In this document: positions 21,049 to 30,191 of the stretch, piece by piece
How the letters are laid out: each line of letters starts with the position of its first letter
Numbering within the stretch: the stretch's first letter is position 1
Source of the DNA: Candidatus Amesbacteria bacterium GW2011_GWB1_47_19
Lineage (GTDB): Bacteria; Patescibacteriota; Microgenomatia; CAZETR01; Amesbacteraceae
Reading direction: 5' to 3'
NCBI GenBank assembly: GCA_001002325.1
Contig: LCNZ01000007.1
Span: 91,410 to 155,409, forward strand
DNA: 64,000 bases
Program-made: the position numbers and the translations under genes
Notes under the pieces: model-generated
Seen by the model: the letters and a program-made list of their open reading frames with translations, nothing else
What the model was told of the DNA's origin: nothing
Database searches by the model: none

Positions 21049-21083
21049 TATGGCTATTCTTTTAAGAAAGGCGGAAATGAATT

Positions 21084-22226
21084 TTGAAACGACAAAGTAT
21101 CCAGGCAACAAAGTTGCAGAGTAAACAGGACCCCCAGACAATGGAGGAGCTTTTGGCTTTGACCGGATATAAGCCCAAGGGTTTTAAACGGGGAGAAACG
21201 GTGAAGGGGAAAGTGGCCGAGGTGACAGGTAAGACAGTGTATGTGGATATAAACGGAAAGGCGGAGGCCGTAGTGGCCGAGCAGGAGTTTGAGCTGGCCA
21301 AGGATTATTTCCGAGCCTTAAAACCAGGGGATGAGGTGACGGGAGTGGTGCTGATTTCGGAGAATGAAGCCGGACAGGTGATTTTGTCTTTAAGGCGGGC
21401 GGCGGTGGAGAGTAAATGGAAGACTTTTGAACAGGCATTGGCTGATGACCAGGTGATTTTGGTGAGAGGAAAAGAGGCAACCCGCGGCGGAATACTGGTG
21501 GACGCGGACGGTATATATGGTTTTATCCCGACCTCGCAGGTTGGTCGGGAGCTGGAGGGTAGTTCAGGTTCTCTGGCAGGAAAGTCCATTGCGGTGAAAG
21601 TGCTGGAGGTTGATAAACTCCAGAACAGACTGGTGTTGTCTGAAAGGGCGGTGTCGGAGGCGGAGGAGATCGAGAAAAGGCGTTTAGCTCTGTCCAAGGT
21701 GACCATCGGCGGAGAATATGACGGCCGGGTGGTGGGTATGGTTCCGTTCGGAGTGTTTGTAGAGATTGAAACCAAATCTAAACCCAAGACCAAGAAGGAC
21801 GAGGAGATGAAACTAGAGGGGTTGGTGCATATCTCCGAGTTGTCCTGGGAAAAGGTGGAAGATGTAAATAAGGCTGTGAAGGAAGGTGAACCCCTGAAAG
21901 TACAGGTAATCGGAATTGATGAGGAAAACGGGAAGCTGGCATTGTCAGTAAAAAGACTGACATCCGATCCCTGGCTGATAGTCGGGAAAAAGTATAAAAC
22001 AGACAGCAAGCATAAGGGAGTTGTAACAAAGGTAGCTCCTTATGGAGTGTTGGTCAGGCTGGAACGCGGAATTGAAGGGCTGATCCATGCATCCAAGATG
22101 CCCGCCGGAGTGGCTTTTAAAGAGGGTGATGAAGTTGAGGTATTTGTGGAATCAGTCGATCTGGACAAACGCCGTCTTTCACTGGGAGTAGTATCCAAGG
22201 ATACAAAGGGAATAATCTACAAATAA
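21084..22226 (+). CDS. rpsA: 30S ribosomal protein S1 (short form, about four S1 domains; start uncertain)
   Basis: Repeated S1 motifs GFIPTSQ, EGLVHISELSW, EGLIHAS, RRLSLG. Confidence 0.88.
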   Translation: MKRQSIQATKLQSKQDPQTMEELLALTGYKPKGFKRGETVKGKVAEVTGKTVYVDINGKAEAVVAEQEFELAKDYFRALKPGDEVTGVVLISENEAGQVILSLRRAAVESKWKTFEQALADDQVILVRGKEATRGGILVDADGIYGFIPTSQVGRELEGSSGSLAGKSIAVKVLEVDKLQNRLVLSERAVSEAEEIEKRRLALSKVTIGGEYDGRVVGMVPFGVFVEIETKSKPKTKKDEEMKLEGLVHISELSWEKVEDVNKAVKEGEPLKVQVIGIDEENGKLALSVKRLTSDPWLIVGKKYKTDSKHKGVVTKVAPYGVLVRLERGIEGLIHASKMPAGVAFKEGDEVEVFVESVDLDKRRLSLGVVSKDTKGIIYK

Positions 22227-22234
22227 ATCAATGT

Positions 22235-22498
22235 ATGATTAAAGAAGGGGAATATACCATTGAATGGTCACCTACAGCCGGGAATTGTTCTGAGAAATGT
22301 GGGCCGTTCAGGTCGGCATTGCGCCTCGTAATGAAAAAACTCAAAAACAGAACCAGGTGGGAACCGGGACTTACGGGGTTGGGGTTTAGTTGCGGAGTAG
22401 AAGGATGCAAGGCTAAATTTTTTGTGGAATGGTGTCCGAGAAGGCATCTATTAACGGTCGGTAAGTCCTCTGGGAAAAACCCCGGATGTTTGGAGTAG
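22235..22498 (+). CDS. Small Cys-rich hypothetical protein
   Basis: Fills the rpsA-radA gap; CxxxC and CxxxxC pairs. Confidence 0.5.
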   Translation: MIKEGEYTIEWSPTAGNCSEKCGPFRSALRLVMKKLKNRTRWEPGLTGLGFSCGVEGCKAKFFVEWCPRRHLLTVGKSSGKNPGCLE

Positions 22499-22528
22499 TT
22501 GGTTTTAGGTTTGTGGTATAAGTGAGAA

Positions 22529-23842
22529 ATGGCCAGACAAAGGAGCAAGTGGATTTGCCAGCAATGCGGATTCAGCCAGAGCGGGTGGGCGGGGAGGTGT
22601 CCGGAATGCGGCGCCTGGAATAGTCTGGTGGAAACGGTGGAGAAATCTAACAACTCTAAACGTAAAACGCTAAAACCTGGGAAAATTTACAGGTCGTCTG
22701 AAGTCAAGATTTCGGAAAGAGGAAGGATAAAGACTGGTATAGGAGAATTGGATAACGTGCTGGGAGGGGGGTTGGTTGCCGGAATGGCGGTGCTGGTAGC
22801 CGGAGAACCGGGGATCGGCAAATCGACCCTTTTGACACAGGTGGCAATGGCGAATCCAGGTGTATTGTATGTGTGCGGAGAGGAGAGTGCTTCACAAGTT
22901 GTTTTACGGGTGAAACGGCTGGAAGCAATAATCCATAAGACTCGAACTCCAGGTTTTCTATTATTTGAAAGCACGAATACGGACGAGATAGAGTCTGAGG
23001 TAGAGAAACTGAAGCCGGGCCTGGTGATTGTAGACTCCATTCAGACACTGACCACACAGGATTTAGCCGGGACGGCGGGATCGGTCGGACAGGTGAGAGA
23101 ATGTGCGCACAGACTGACTTTATTGGCAAAAAGGCTTGATATCCCTGTATTTTTAGTCGGTCATGTGACTAAAGAAGGAAATATTGCCGGACCGGCGGTG
23201 TTGATGCATGTAGTAGATACAGTGCTGTGGTTTGAGGGAGAACGAGGCCAGGCATTGAGATTGGTGAGAGCTGTGAAAAACCGGTTCGGGCCGACAGACG
23301 AGACGGGGGTATTTGAAATGACCGAAACTGGGTTGTCAGGTGTGGCTAATCCATCCCGGATGCTGTTGGCAGAAAGGATGGAAAAGGTCCCCGGAAGCGT
23401 GGTATCTGTGGTGTTGGAGGGGACGAGGCCGATGCTGGTGGAAATTCAGGCGTTGACCGTATCTACCCAGTCCCCGCTACCCAGGCGGGTGGCGACAGGG
23501 ATAGATTTTTCCCGGCTGCAGACCTTGGTGGCGGTGTTGATGGCCAGAGTGGGCCTACATTTGGGGAATGTGGATATCTTTGTGAATGTGACCGGGGGTA
23601 TCAAGCTGGCAGACAGAGGTGTGGACTTGGCGATTTGTCTGGCAATCGCTTCAGCTTTTTTGGCCAGGAGTTTGCCTGCGGATGTGGCCGCGGTCGGTGA
23701 GGTGGGGCTGATGGGAGAGGTGCGCAAAGTAACAGGCTTGGAGCGACGAGTCAAGGAGGCTAAAAAGATGGGCTACAAGGTAGCATCGGCTGAGTCGGGA
23801 AGGTCGGTAGCTGCGGCGGTAAAGAAACTGCTCACAAATTGA
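22529..23842 (+). CDS. radA: DNA repair protein RadA/Sms
   Basis: C4 zinc finger, GEPGIGKST, KNRFG, Lon-like C-terminus. Confidence 0.97.
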   Translation: MARQRSKWICQQCGFSQSGWAGRCPECGAWNSLVETVEKSNNSKRKTLKPGKIYRSSEVKISERGRIKTGIGELDNVLGGGLVAGMAVLVAGEPGIGKSTLLTQVAMANPGVLYVCGEESASQVVLRVKRLEAIIHKTRTPGFLLFESTNTDEIESEVEKLKPGLVIVDSIQTLTTQDLAGTAGSVGQVRECAHRLTLLAKRLDIPVFLVGHVTKEGNIAGPAVLMHVVDTVLWFEGERGQALRLVRAVKNRFGPTDETGVFEMTETGLSGVANPSRMLLAERMEKVPGSVVSVVLEGTRPMLVEIQALTVSTQSPLPRRVATGIDFSRLQTLVAVLMARVGLHLGNVDIFVNVTGGIKLADRGVDLAICLAIASAFLARSLPADVAAVGEVGLMGEVRKVTGLERRVKEAKKMGYKVASAESGRSVAAAVKKLLTN

Positions 23843-23975
23843 TAACAGGCAAGTGTGAAAAATATTCGGGAATATTACCAAGTTATATACTATCCACAAG
23901 AGCCTTTATATGGTCGTTATATTAGTTTGTTCTAACTTATAGGACTATCTATTTATAAGTATTAATAACTATAGG

Positions 23976-24004
23976 TTGCGATAGTTGACAAAAGGTGATA
24001 AACT
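23976..24004 (+). promoter_or_regulatory. Sigma70 promoter (extended -10) of a small basic ORF
   Basis: TTGCGA-17bp-TAAACT with TGn extension. Confidence 0.55.
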
Positions 24005-24026
24005 TCCGCTTGAGGGTCACGTAGCA

Positions 24027-24179
24027 ATGAAGAAACTGCTCAAGTTTTGGACAGGAAGGACTGCCCGCAGGCGGAAAGGTGGTCGTGCAATATTAAACCA
24101 GAGAGGTTGGATGAGAGACCAGTTGGAAAGAATGATACGTATGGAACAGGGGATTATTTCAGGCAGTGTAGGGAGGTAA
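24027..24179 (+). CDS. Small basic peptide (50 aa, MKKLLKFWTGRTARRRKGG...)
   Basis: Promoter and GAGGG SD-like sequence upstream; its initiation region is repeated in the convergent sRNA candidate. Confidence 0.4.
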   Translation: MKKLLKFWTGRTARRRKGGRAILNQRGWMRDQLERMIRMEQGIISGSVGR

Positions 24180-24284
24180 AAAAAGAAAAATAGAAAAGAG
24201 CATCGCCATCGCTGGTTTGAGGGCCACGAGTAGCAATGCTCTTTGAGAGGAAATCGCCTGGACAGATCTGGCGATTTACACTTG
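24178..24284 (-). ncRNA. Candidate antisense sRNA (~105 nt)
   Basis: Minus-strand TTGACA-18-TATCAC with TGn (24291-24320); hairpin 24251-24277; terminator hairpin 24195-24244 that has G-U pairs only on this strand; U-rich tail. Confidence 0.5.
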
Positions 24285-24524
24285 ATATAGGTGATAACAC
24301 TGCCCCCAATCTCTTGTCAAGAAAAATATTACTTGATAGATTGCTCTTTTTTTAATGTTTTAGCCAGGAGGAATCATCCCGAGCGGTACGGGGATGATAC
24401 TCAGCATGGAAGACCGGCAAATCCGGTGAAAACCGGTTGGTAGGTAGGGCAGGCCGACCAATTGCTACCGGGTGAGCAGGTCTTCCATACTGAGTTATAA
24501 TGGACGGATTTCCTAAAGAAGAGT

Positions 24525-25328
24525 ATGAAAAAAAATCTGAAAATATGGATTGTATGGATGGCTGCGACAGCAGCGGCTTTTGCTACCGGAGCTGCTGTGA
24601 ATGCGGCAGCGATCAATTTCGGCGGGGGAGTGTATGTGAATTTGTGCGGAAGCGGAACCGCGGCTTCGTATTACAGCTGTGATCCGGGTTGCAGTATTCA
24701 GACAGGATCCTGCCAAAGCCAGAATGAGGGAGTGGTAAAGTGGATTTGCAGTGGAAAGTGGGGACAATGCCTGGAATCGGAGTCAGGGTGGAGTAATTTT
24801 GAGGATGTAGATAGCCCGGGATGTTCAAAAACCATTCAGATTTCACTGTTTGATAAGAAATGCCGCCGGCAGGATAACAGCTGGGATGAAAGCTGCAAAA
24901 TGCTGGGTTATATGGTGTGGTATTCGGGTGATTGCCGGACCTCTACCAGTCCGACAGTGACACCGAGGTTGACACCTACCCCGTCAGCAGGACCAACCAG
25001 AACTCCCACACCAACGACGGCTCCCAAACCAACCACCACCCCGGCGTCCAAGATTTCCAGTCCGGTTCCGACGCTGATTCCCGGTGTGGCAAACGTTTGC
25101 GGAAATTACTGTACCAAAGGCGAAGACTGCGGGGCGGGCTTTGCGTGCCAGGACGGAGTGTGCAGGAATCCCAGCTGCCCGGGTGACGAGAGCTGCTTTT
25201 GCGGCGATGTAGCCGGGGCTGTCACAGATAAAAATCCGAAGACGGGATGGGAGGAATGGGTATTGCTGGCGGGTGCGTTGATACTGGGACCGGCGGGATG
25301 GAAATTGAAGCGCATGGCTAAAGCATGA
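24525..25328 (+). CDS. Secreted Cys-rich surface protein with Pro/Thr linker and NPKTG sortase signal
   Basis: Signal peptide, Cys-rich domains, PTPT linker, then NPKTG + TM + basic tail. Confidence 0.8.
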   Translation: MKKNLKIWIVWMAATAAAFATGAAVNAAAINFGGGVYVNLCGSGTAASYYSCDPGCSIQTGSCQSQNEGVVKWICSGKWGQCLESESGWSNFEDVDSPGCSKTIQISLFDKKCRRQDNSWDESCKMLGYMVWYSGDCRTSTSPTVTPRLTPTPSAGPTRTPTPTTAPKPTTTPASKISSPVPTLIPGVANVCGNYCTKGEDCGAGFACQDGVCRNPSCPGDESCFCGDVAGAVTDKNPKTGWEEWVLLAGALILGPAGWKLKRMAKA

Positions 25329-25996
25329 GACTGAAAAAAAGATTTTATCTATTCACCGGAGGGAGCATGGAGGTGGCAGCGGTGTTGCTGGTGCTGATAG
25401 GGGGCGGGGCATTTTTGGGCAGGGAACTTAAATATGTCTGGATCAGGACACCTTTGGGAAGGACTGTGCAAAGATTTGAACAATTACCTCCGCCGCAACT
25501 GGTGGTGGAAAACGAATTGGGTAACACAGCCATACAAGCTGAACAACCGGGGTGGAAAGTACCTGATGATAATTATTCACTGTTTATTCCGGAAATCGGG
25601 GCTATTAGCCGGGTCATTTCAGCCGTAGATGCGGGAGATGCGAACGAGTATCTTCCGGCCTTACAACAGGGAGTAGCGGAGGCAAAAGGAATGGCGCATC
25701 CCGGTGAAAAGGGGACCACTTATCTGTTTGCCCATTCGGTAGGGAGCAGAGCCGATTTTGCCCGTTATAACGCAGTATTTTATTTGCTACATAAACTTGA
25801 AACCGGGGATAAGGTGGAAGTGGTTTACGGAGGCAGGCTGTTTAAATATGAAGTTGAAATACGGGAGATTCTGGAGCCGAAAAATGTGAAATACCTGGTG
25901 CCCCAGTCGGAGGAAGAAAAGTTGGTTTTGGCCACCTGTTATCCTCCGGGCACAACCTGGAAAAGGCTGGTGGTAGTGGCCAAACCGGCCTATTGA
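25325..25996 (+). CDS. Sortase
   Basis: N-terminal TM, LFAHS, LATCYPPG...KRLVV (His/Cys/Arg triad). Confidence 0.92.
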   Translation: MRLKKRFYLFTGGSMEVAAVLLVLIGGGAFLGRELKYVWIRTPLGRTVQRFEQLPPPQLVVENELGNTAIQAEQPGWKVPDDNYSLFIPEIGAISRVISAVDAGDANEYLPALQQGVAEAKGMAHPGEKGTTYLFAHSVGSRADFARYNAVFYLLHKLETGDKVEVVYGGRLFKYEVEIREILEPKNVKYLVPQSEEEKLVLATCYPPGTTWKRLVVVAKPAY

Positions 25997-26115
25997 CACC
26001 CGGATGGAGGATGCTATACTAACAGCAATTCTCCGGGTTTTTGGAAATTTCCCCTCTAATCCCGAAATTTTAATGATACTGTGATAATTGCAGCTACTTC
26101 CTAAACAGTTTTTTT

Positions 26116-27462
26116 ATGGCTGATGACCTTTCGGATGTTAACGGCAACCAGGATTTGGGGGCGGATTCCGGACCTCTGACCGGGTCGGGGGTGCGCTCGG
26201 TTATGAGACCGGGTGTAGTCAGGGTAATTGGACGGGTAACACCCCGGCAATCGTCAGGGGGTTACGGCCGAATTCAGCCAAGACAGGTAGTCAGACCGGT
26301 GGTTACTCCGGTTTCTTTTGACGGGGTGGTGGATGACAGAGTGATTCCGGATGCGGGTTTGCCGACAGAGTACGTAGAAGGGTTTTTGGACATCACACCG
26401 GACGGGCACGGTTATCTGAGGCCGAAGATGATCCCTTCGTCAAAGGATGTATATATCTCTGCTTCACAAGTCCGGCGGTTTAATTTACGGCCGGGAGATA
26501 TGGTGGGAGGACAGGCAAGAGAGCCCAAGGAGAACGAGAGGTTTTGGGGCCTTTTGAAAGTGGAAAAGGTGAACAATTTGCCGGCAGAGGAAGCTGCCAA
26601 CAGACCTGCTTTTGACAGCATGACGGCGGTTTTTCCGGAAGGACAACTGCGGCTGGAAACAGACCCGGAAATACTTTCGACCCGGATTATTGATTTAATT
26701 GCCCCGATCGGAAAGGGACAGCGCGGGCTGATTGTAGCCCAGCCAAAAGCCGGAAAAACCTGGCTACTGCGGGAAATTGCTACTGCTCTTTCAAAGAATT
26801 ATCCGGAAATGCATTTGATGGCAGTTCTGATAGGGGAACGACCGGAGGAAGTAACGGAAATTACCAGATCCCTGAAGGGGGAGGTGGCTGCTTCTCATTT
26901 TGATGAGCCGCCGCTGGAGCAGGTAAGAATTGCGGAGCTGGCATTGGAACGGGCTAAAAGACTGGTGGAGTTAAAGAAAGACGTGTTTGTGCTGCTGGAC
27001 TCTATTACCCGATTGGCCCGGGCATACAATATGATTTCTCCGGATTCAGGTAAGACGCTATCCGGAGGCTTTTCCGCGGCGGCTATTTATCCGGCTAAAA
27101 AAGCGTTCGGAGCAGCTAGAAGGTTTGAAGAAGGGGGGTCCCTGACTATCTTGGGGACTTGTTTGGTGGATACCGGTTCCCGGCAGGATGACTTGGTTTA
27201 TGAGGAATTCAAAGGAACCGGAAACATGGAATTACATCTAGACAGGCGGTTGGCCGACAGGCGGATTTTCCCGTCATTTAATTTGTTACAAAGCGGAACC
27301 AGAGGAGAAGAGAAGCTGCTGGGTGACAGGCTGGAGAAAGTGATCCAGCTGCGCCGGATGCTGGACATGCTGGACGGGGACGAGAGGACGGAACTGTTGA
27401 TTGCCAAAATGAAAAAAACCAAGGATAACGAGGACTTTTTGAAAAATCTGACGAAGTCCTGA
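26116..27462 (+). CDS. rho: Transcription termination factor Rho
   Basis: DGHGYLR, PIGKGQRGLIVAQPKAGKT, LDSITRLARAYN, EFKGTGNME. Confidence 0.97.
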   Translation: MADDLSDVNGNQDLGADSGPLTGSGVRSVMRPGVVRVIGRVTPRQSSGGYGRIQPRQVVRPVVTPVSFDGVVDDRVIPDAGLPTEYVEGFLDITPDGHGYLRPKMIPSSKDVYISASQVRRFNLRPGDMVGGQAREPKENERFWGLLKVEKVNNLPAEEAANRPAFDSMTAVFPEGQLRLETDPEILSTRIIDLIAPIGKGQRGLIVAQPKAGKTWLLREIATALSKNYPEMHLMAVLIGERPEEVTEITRSLKGEVAASHFDEPPLEQVRIAELALERAKRLVELKKDVFVLLDSITRLARAYNMISPDSGKTLSGGFSAAAIYPAKKAFGAARRFEEGGSLTILGTCLVDTGSRQDDLVYEEFKGTGNMELHLDRRLADRRIFPSFNLLQSGTRGEEKLLGDRLEKVIQLRRMLDMLDGDERTELLIAKMKKTKDNEDFLKNLTKS

Positions 27463-27492
27463 CACGTTGCCCAGGGAGAGTAGAATTGGAGT

Positions 27493-28017
27493 ATGAATTT
27501 GATATTGCTGCCGGGGAATAATTGGCGCAATCAGGCTTGGATAGAGCAGTTAAAGCAAGCGGTAGAGCCGGATTTTGAACAGATTTGGGTGCAGTACTAC
27601 GATAATTGGAAAGCACGGACCGCGCTATTAAATATTGATTTGGAAACGGATAAATTGGCTAAAAATTCGCGGAGTCTCGGGAAATATTGCATTCTGGCAA
27701 AATCGGCGGGTACGTTATTGGCGATGAAAGCAGTGAAAGAGGGGGAAATAAAACCGGTTAAATGTATATTTGTAGGGACAGCTATCAGATGGGGACAGGA
27801 GCAAGGTTGGCCGGCGGAAAAATGGGCAGAAGGCTACTCCGTCCCGACTTTGTTTATACAGAAATCAGAAGATCCGGTGATGACATTCGGAGAACTGCGA
27901 TTTACATTGGAAAAGGCGGGGGTAAAAAAATCCAAATTGGTGGAATTGCCGGGACGGTCCCATCACTATGAAGATATAATGGGCTTGCGATTTATGGTTA
28001 AAGACTTTGTGAAATGA
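27493..28017 (+). CDS. Small alpha/beta hydrolase-fold protein
   Basis: LLPGN, AKSAG, SEDP, GRSHHY. Confidence 0.7.
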   Translation: MNLILLPGNNWRNQAWIEQLKQAVEPDFEQIWVQYYDNWKARTALLNIDLETDKLAKNSRSLGKYCILAKSAGTLLAMKAVKEGEIKPVKCIFVGTAIRWGQEQGWPAEKWAEGYSVPTLFIQKSEDPVMTFGELRFTLEKAGVKKSKLVELPGRSHHYEDIMGLRFMVKDFVK

Positions 28018-28982
28018 ATTCAGCTACTGCCGTTTCGCCGGCAAATATAGCCTTTATCAAATTTTGGGGGAAGACAGATTCGAACCAGAATATTCCATAT
28101 AACGATTCGATGTCGATGAATTTGAGTGGATGCCTGACAACGACGACGGTGGAATTTGACCCGAGACTGGATGACGACCGGATAGTTATCAACAAATTCG
28201 AAGCCAGCGGCAGTGGTAAACAGAGAGTGGTCAGAATATTGGATATTGTCAGGAGGGAAGCAGGGATGGGGCTGAAAGCCAAAGTGGAGTCCGCTAATAA
28301 TTTTCCGACAGCATCAGGGATTGCCTCGTCGGCAGCTGCCTTTTCCGCCCTGGCTATGGCGGCGAGTACGGCAGCGGGTTTGACGCTGTCAAAAAGGGAA
28401 CTTTCGAGATTGGCCAGATTAGGCTCCGGATCGGCCTGCCGGTCGATTTTTGACGGATTTGTGTACTGGAAAGGGGGAAAAGACGACAGGACTTCTTATG
28501 CTTACCAACTGGCTCCGGTTACCCACTGGGATCTCTGGGACATTGTGGCTGTGGTGGCCAAAGAGAGTAAAAAAGCCAGCTCCACCCAAGGGCACTCTGT
28601 TGCGACCAGCAGCCCGTATTTCCGGCAGAGACAAAGGGGATTACCGCTGCGGATTAAGCAGATGAAAGAGGCGATGTTGAAAAAAGATTTTCCTAAGTTC
28701 GGGAGGCTTTTGGAGGAGGAAGCGGTTGATTTGCATGTGATGGCGATGACATCCCGGCCGCCTATTTTTTATTGGAACAGCGGGACAATGGAGGTAATGA
28801 AAAAGATCCGGGAATGGAGGGAGGAGGGTAAGGAAGCTTACTTCACGATGGATGCGGGGGCAAACGTCCATGTAATCTGCCGGGCGAAAGATGAAGCAGA
28901 AATAAACCAGAGACTCGGGAGGATTGCCGGGATCGAAAGCACGATTGTAAACAAGCCGGGCAGAGGGACATGGTTGATATGA
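28014..28982 (+). CDS. mvaD: (Di)phosphomevalonate decarboxylase
   Basis: NIAFIKFWGK, GIASSAA, GSGSACRS, TMDAGANVH. Confidence 0.93.
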   Translation: MNSATAVSPANIAFIKFWGKTDSNQNIPYNDSMSMNLSGCLTTTTVEFDPRLDDDRIVINKFEASGSGKQRVVRILDIVRREAGMGLKAKVESANNFPTASGIASSAAAFSALAMAASTAAGLTLSKRELSRLARLGSGSACRSIFDGFVYWKGGKDDRTSYAYQLAPVTHWDLWDIVAVVAKESKKASSTQGHSVATSSPYFRQRQRGLPLRIKQMKEAMLKKDFPKFGRLLEEEAVDLHVMAMTSRPPIFYWNSGTMEVMKKIREWREEGKEAYFTMDAGANVHVICRAKDEAEINQRLGRIAGIESTIVNKPGRGTWLI

Positions 28983-29731
28983 AAAAAATAGTGATGATCA
29001 AATTGGGAGGTGGACTAATCGCGCCGAAGGAGTGGGCTTGGGAGACTCCGGACGGGGGAGTAATCGGCCGGCTGGTAAAAGAAATTAAATCGGGCAGCGG
29101 TGATAGGGGGATAGTTTTGGTGAGCGGGAGCGGGAACTTCGGCCACCAGGCGGTGAAAAAATACGGGATAGATACGGAAGACGGGGTGGAGAAGGTCAGG
29201 AAAAGTGCCGGTAAAATCGGAGCGATTGTCGCCGGTGATGCGGCTGCTGCCGGTTTGAAAATTGAACTGATTGTGCCCCATGAAATATGGCCAAACGGCC
29301 GCACGGAATCGGTCTCAGAATCCTTAAAAGCCGGGAATACGGTGGTACTGTATGGGGATGTGATGGGGATTGGACGGGGGGAGTGGAAAGTGTGGTCCGG
29401 GGAGAAGTTAATTTCGGAAACGGTTAAACATATGAATGAATCGGGGCGCGAGATCGGGATGATAATTCAGGTGAGCCGGGAGGAGGGGGTATGGGATAAA
29501 AACGGGAAAATAATTCCGGAAATAAATCAGAATAACTGGAGAAAAATAAGGAGTGAGGTGGGGGGAGCGACAGGGACGGATGTGACCGGAGGGATGCTGC
29601 ATAAAGTGGAGGAAAGTTTGGAAATTACCCGGAAATTCGGTATAAAAACATGGATTATCAGCGGGAGAGTGAAAGGGAGACTGGAAAAATTGTTGGCGGG
29701 GGAGAAAGTTTTTGGGACAGTGGTGGGTTAG
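28979..29731 (+). CDS. Isopentenyl phosphate kinase-like amino-acid kinase family protein
   Basis: IKLGGGLI, GSGNFGH, LYGDV, DVTGGMLHKV; coupled to mvaD by ATGA. Confidence 0.85.
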   Translation: MKKIVMIKLGGGLIAPKEWAWETPDGGVIGRLVKEIKSGSGDRGIVLVSGSGNFGHQAVKKYGIDTEDGVEKVRKSAGKIGAIVAGDAAAAGLKIELIVPHEIWPNGRTESVSESLKAGNTVVLYGDVMGIGRGEWKVWSGEKLISETVKHMNESGREIGMIIQVSREEGVWDKNGKIIPEINQNNWRKIRSEVGGATGTDVTGGMLHKVEESLEITRKFGIKTWIISGRVKGRLEKLLAGEKVFGTVVG

Positions 29732-29997
29732 AAACCCGGTTCTCGGTTTTTTAATGCCAAGATAGCAGCTTCAGTGGGTGAAAGCGGCTGATTATTACCC
29801 AGCTTTGCTTCGATTAGTTCGATGGCTCTTCGTTCTCTACGAGGAGGTCGTCCAAGATTTGCCAAGCGAGTGATGATGGCGTAGTGTATTGGGATGGATG
29901 TATCGGCAATAATTGCTGCCAGATTGAAGAGACTCGGATTTAGAGTTGCTTCTTGGCGAAGAGCTTGAAGGGCTTGTTCTCTGAGAGTTGTAGCCAT
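29728..29997 (-). CDS. Hypothetical protein
   Basis: Fills the gap, convergent with the kinase gene; helical composition. Confidence 0.55.
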   Translation of the reverse strand: MATTLREQALQALRQEATLNPSLFNLAAIIADTSIPIHYAIITRLANLGRPPRRERRAIELIEAKLGNNQPLSPTEAAILALKNREPGF

Positions 29998-30124
29998 GAG
30001 ATTAAAAATCCGGCTGAGCCGGATCAGACCTCCTCAAAGCTGTCTAATTGCAGCTTATATTTTGTATTATACCCGGGGGCTTGAAGCAAGTCAATTTTGG
30101 AGAATAGAATACTCAGATAAATAA

Positions 30125-30175
30125 CTCACCCCTAGCCCCTCCCTTAACTTAAGGGAGGGGAATAAAAGAGGAGAG
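30125..30175. repeat. BoxC-like palindromic element, copy 2
   Basis: CTCACCCCTAG-CCCCTCCCTTAA C TTAAGGGAGGGG; compensatory stem change relative to copy 1. Confidence 0.85.
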
Positions 30176-30191
30176 TTGATAATAAATAAAT

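Noticed and set aside
21305-22009. Long antisense ORFs opposite rpsA, leuS, murA and the permease
   Set aside because: They are codon-bias shadows of well-supported genes on the other strand.
23843-23975. Possible oriC after radA
   Set aside because: Only one imperfect DnaA box (CTATCCACA); no box cluster and no dnaA/dnaN nearby.
23822-24042. 13-nt repeat AAGAAACTGCTCA at the radA end and the small ORF start
   Set aside because: Both encode KKLL; there is no sign of a target-site duplication, so it is probably chance.
24399-24495. Rod structure as SRP RNA
   Set aside because: It lacks the GNRA-capped domain IV (CAGG..GGAA..AGCAG) geometry on either strand.
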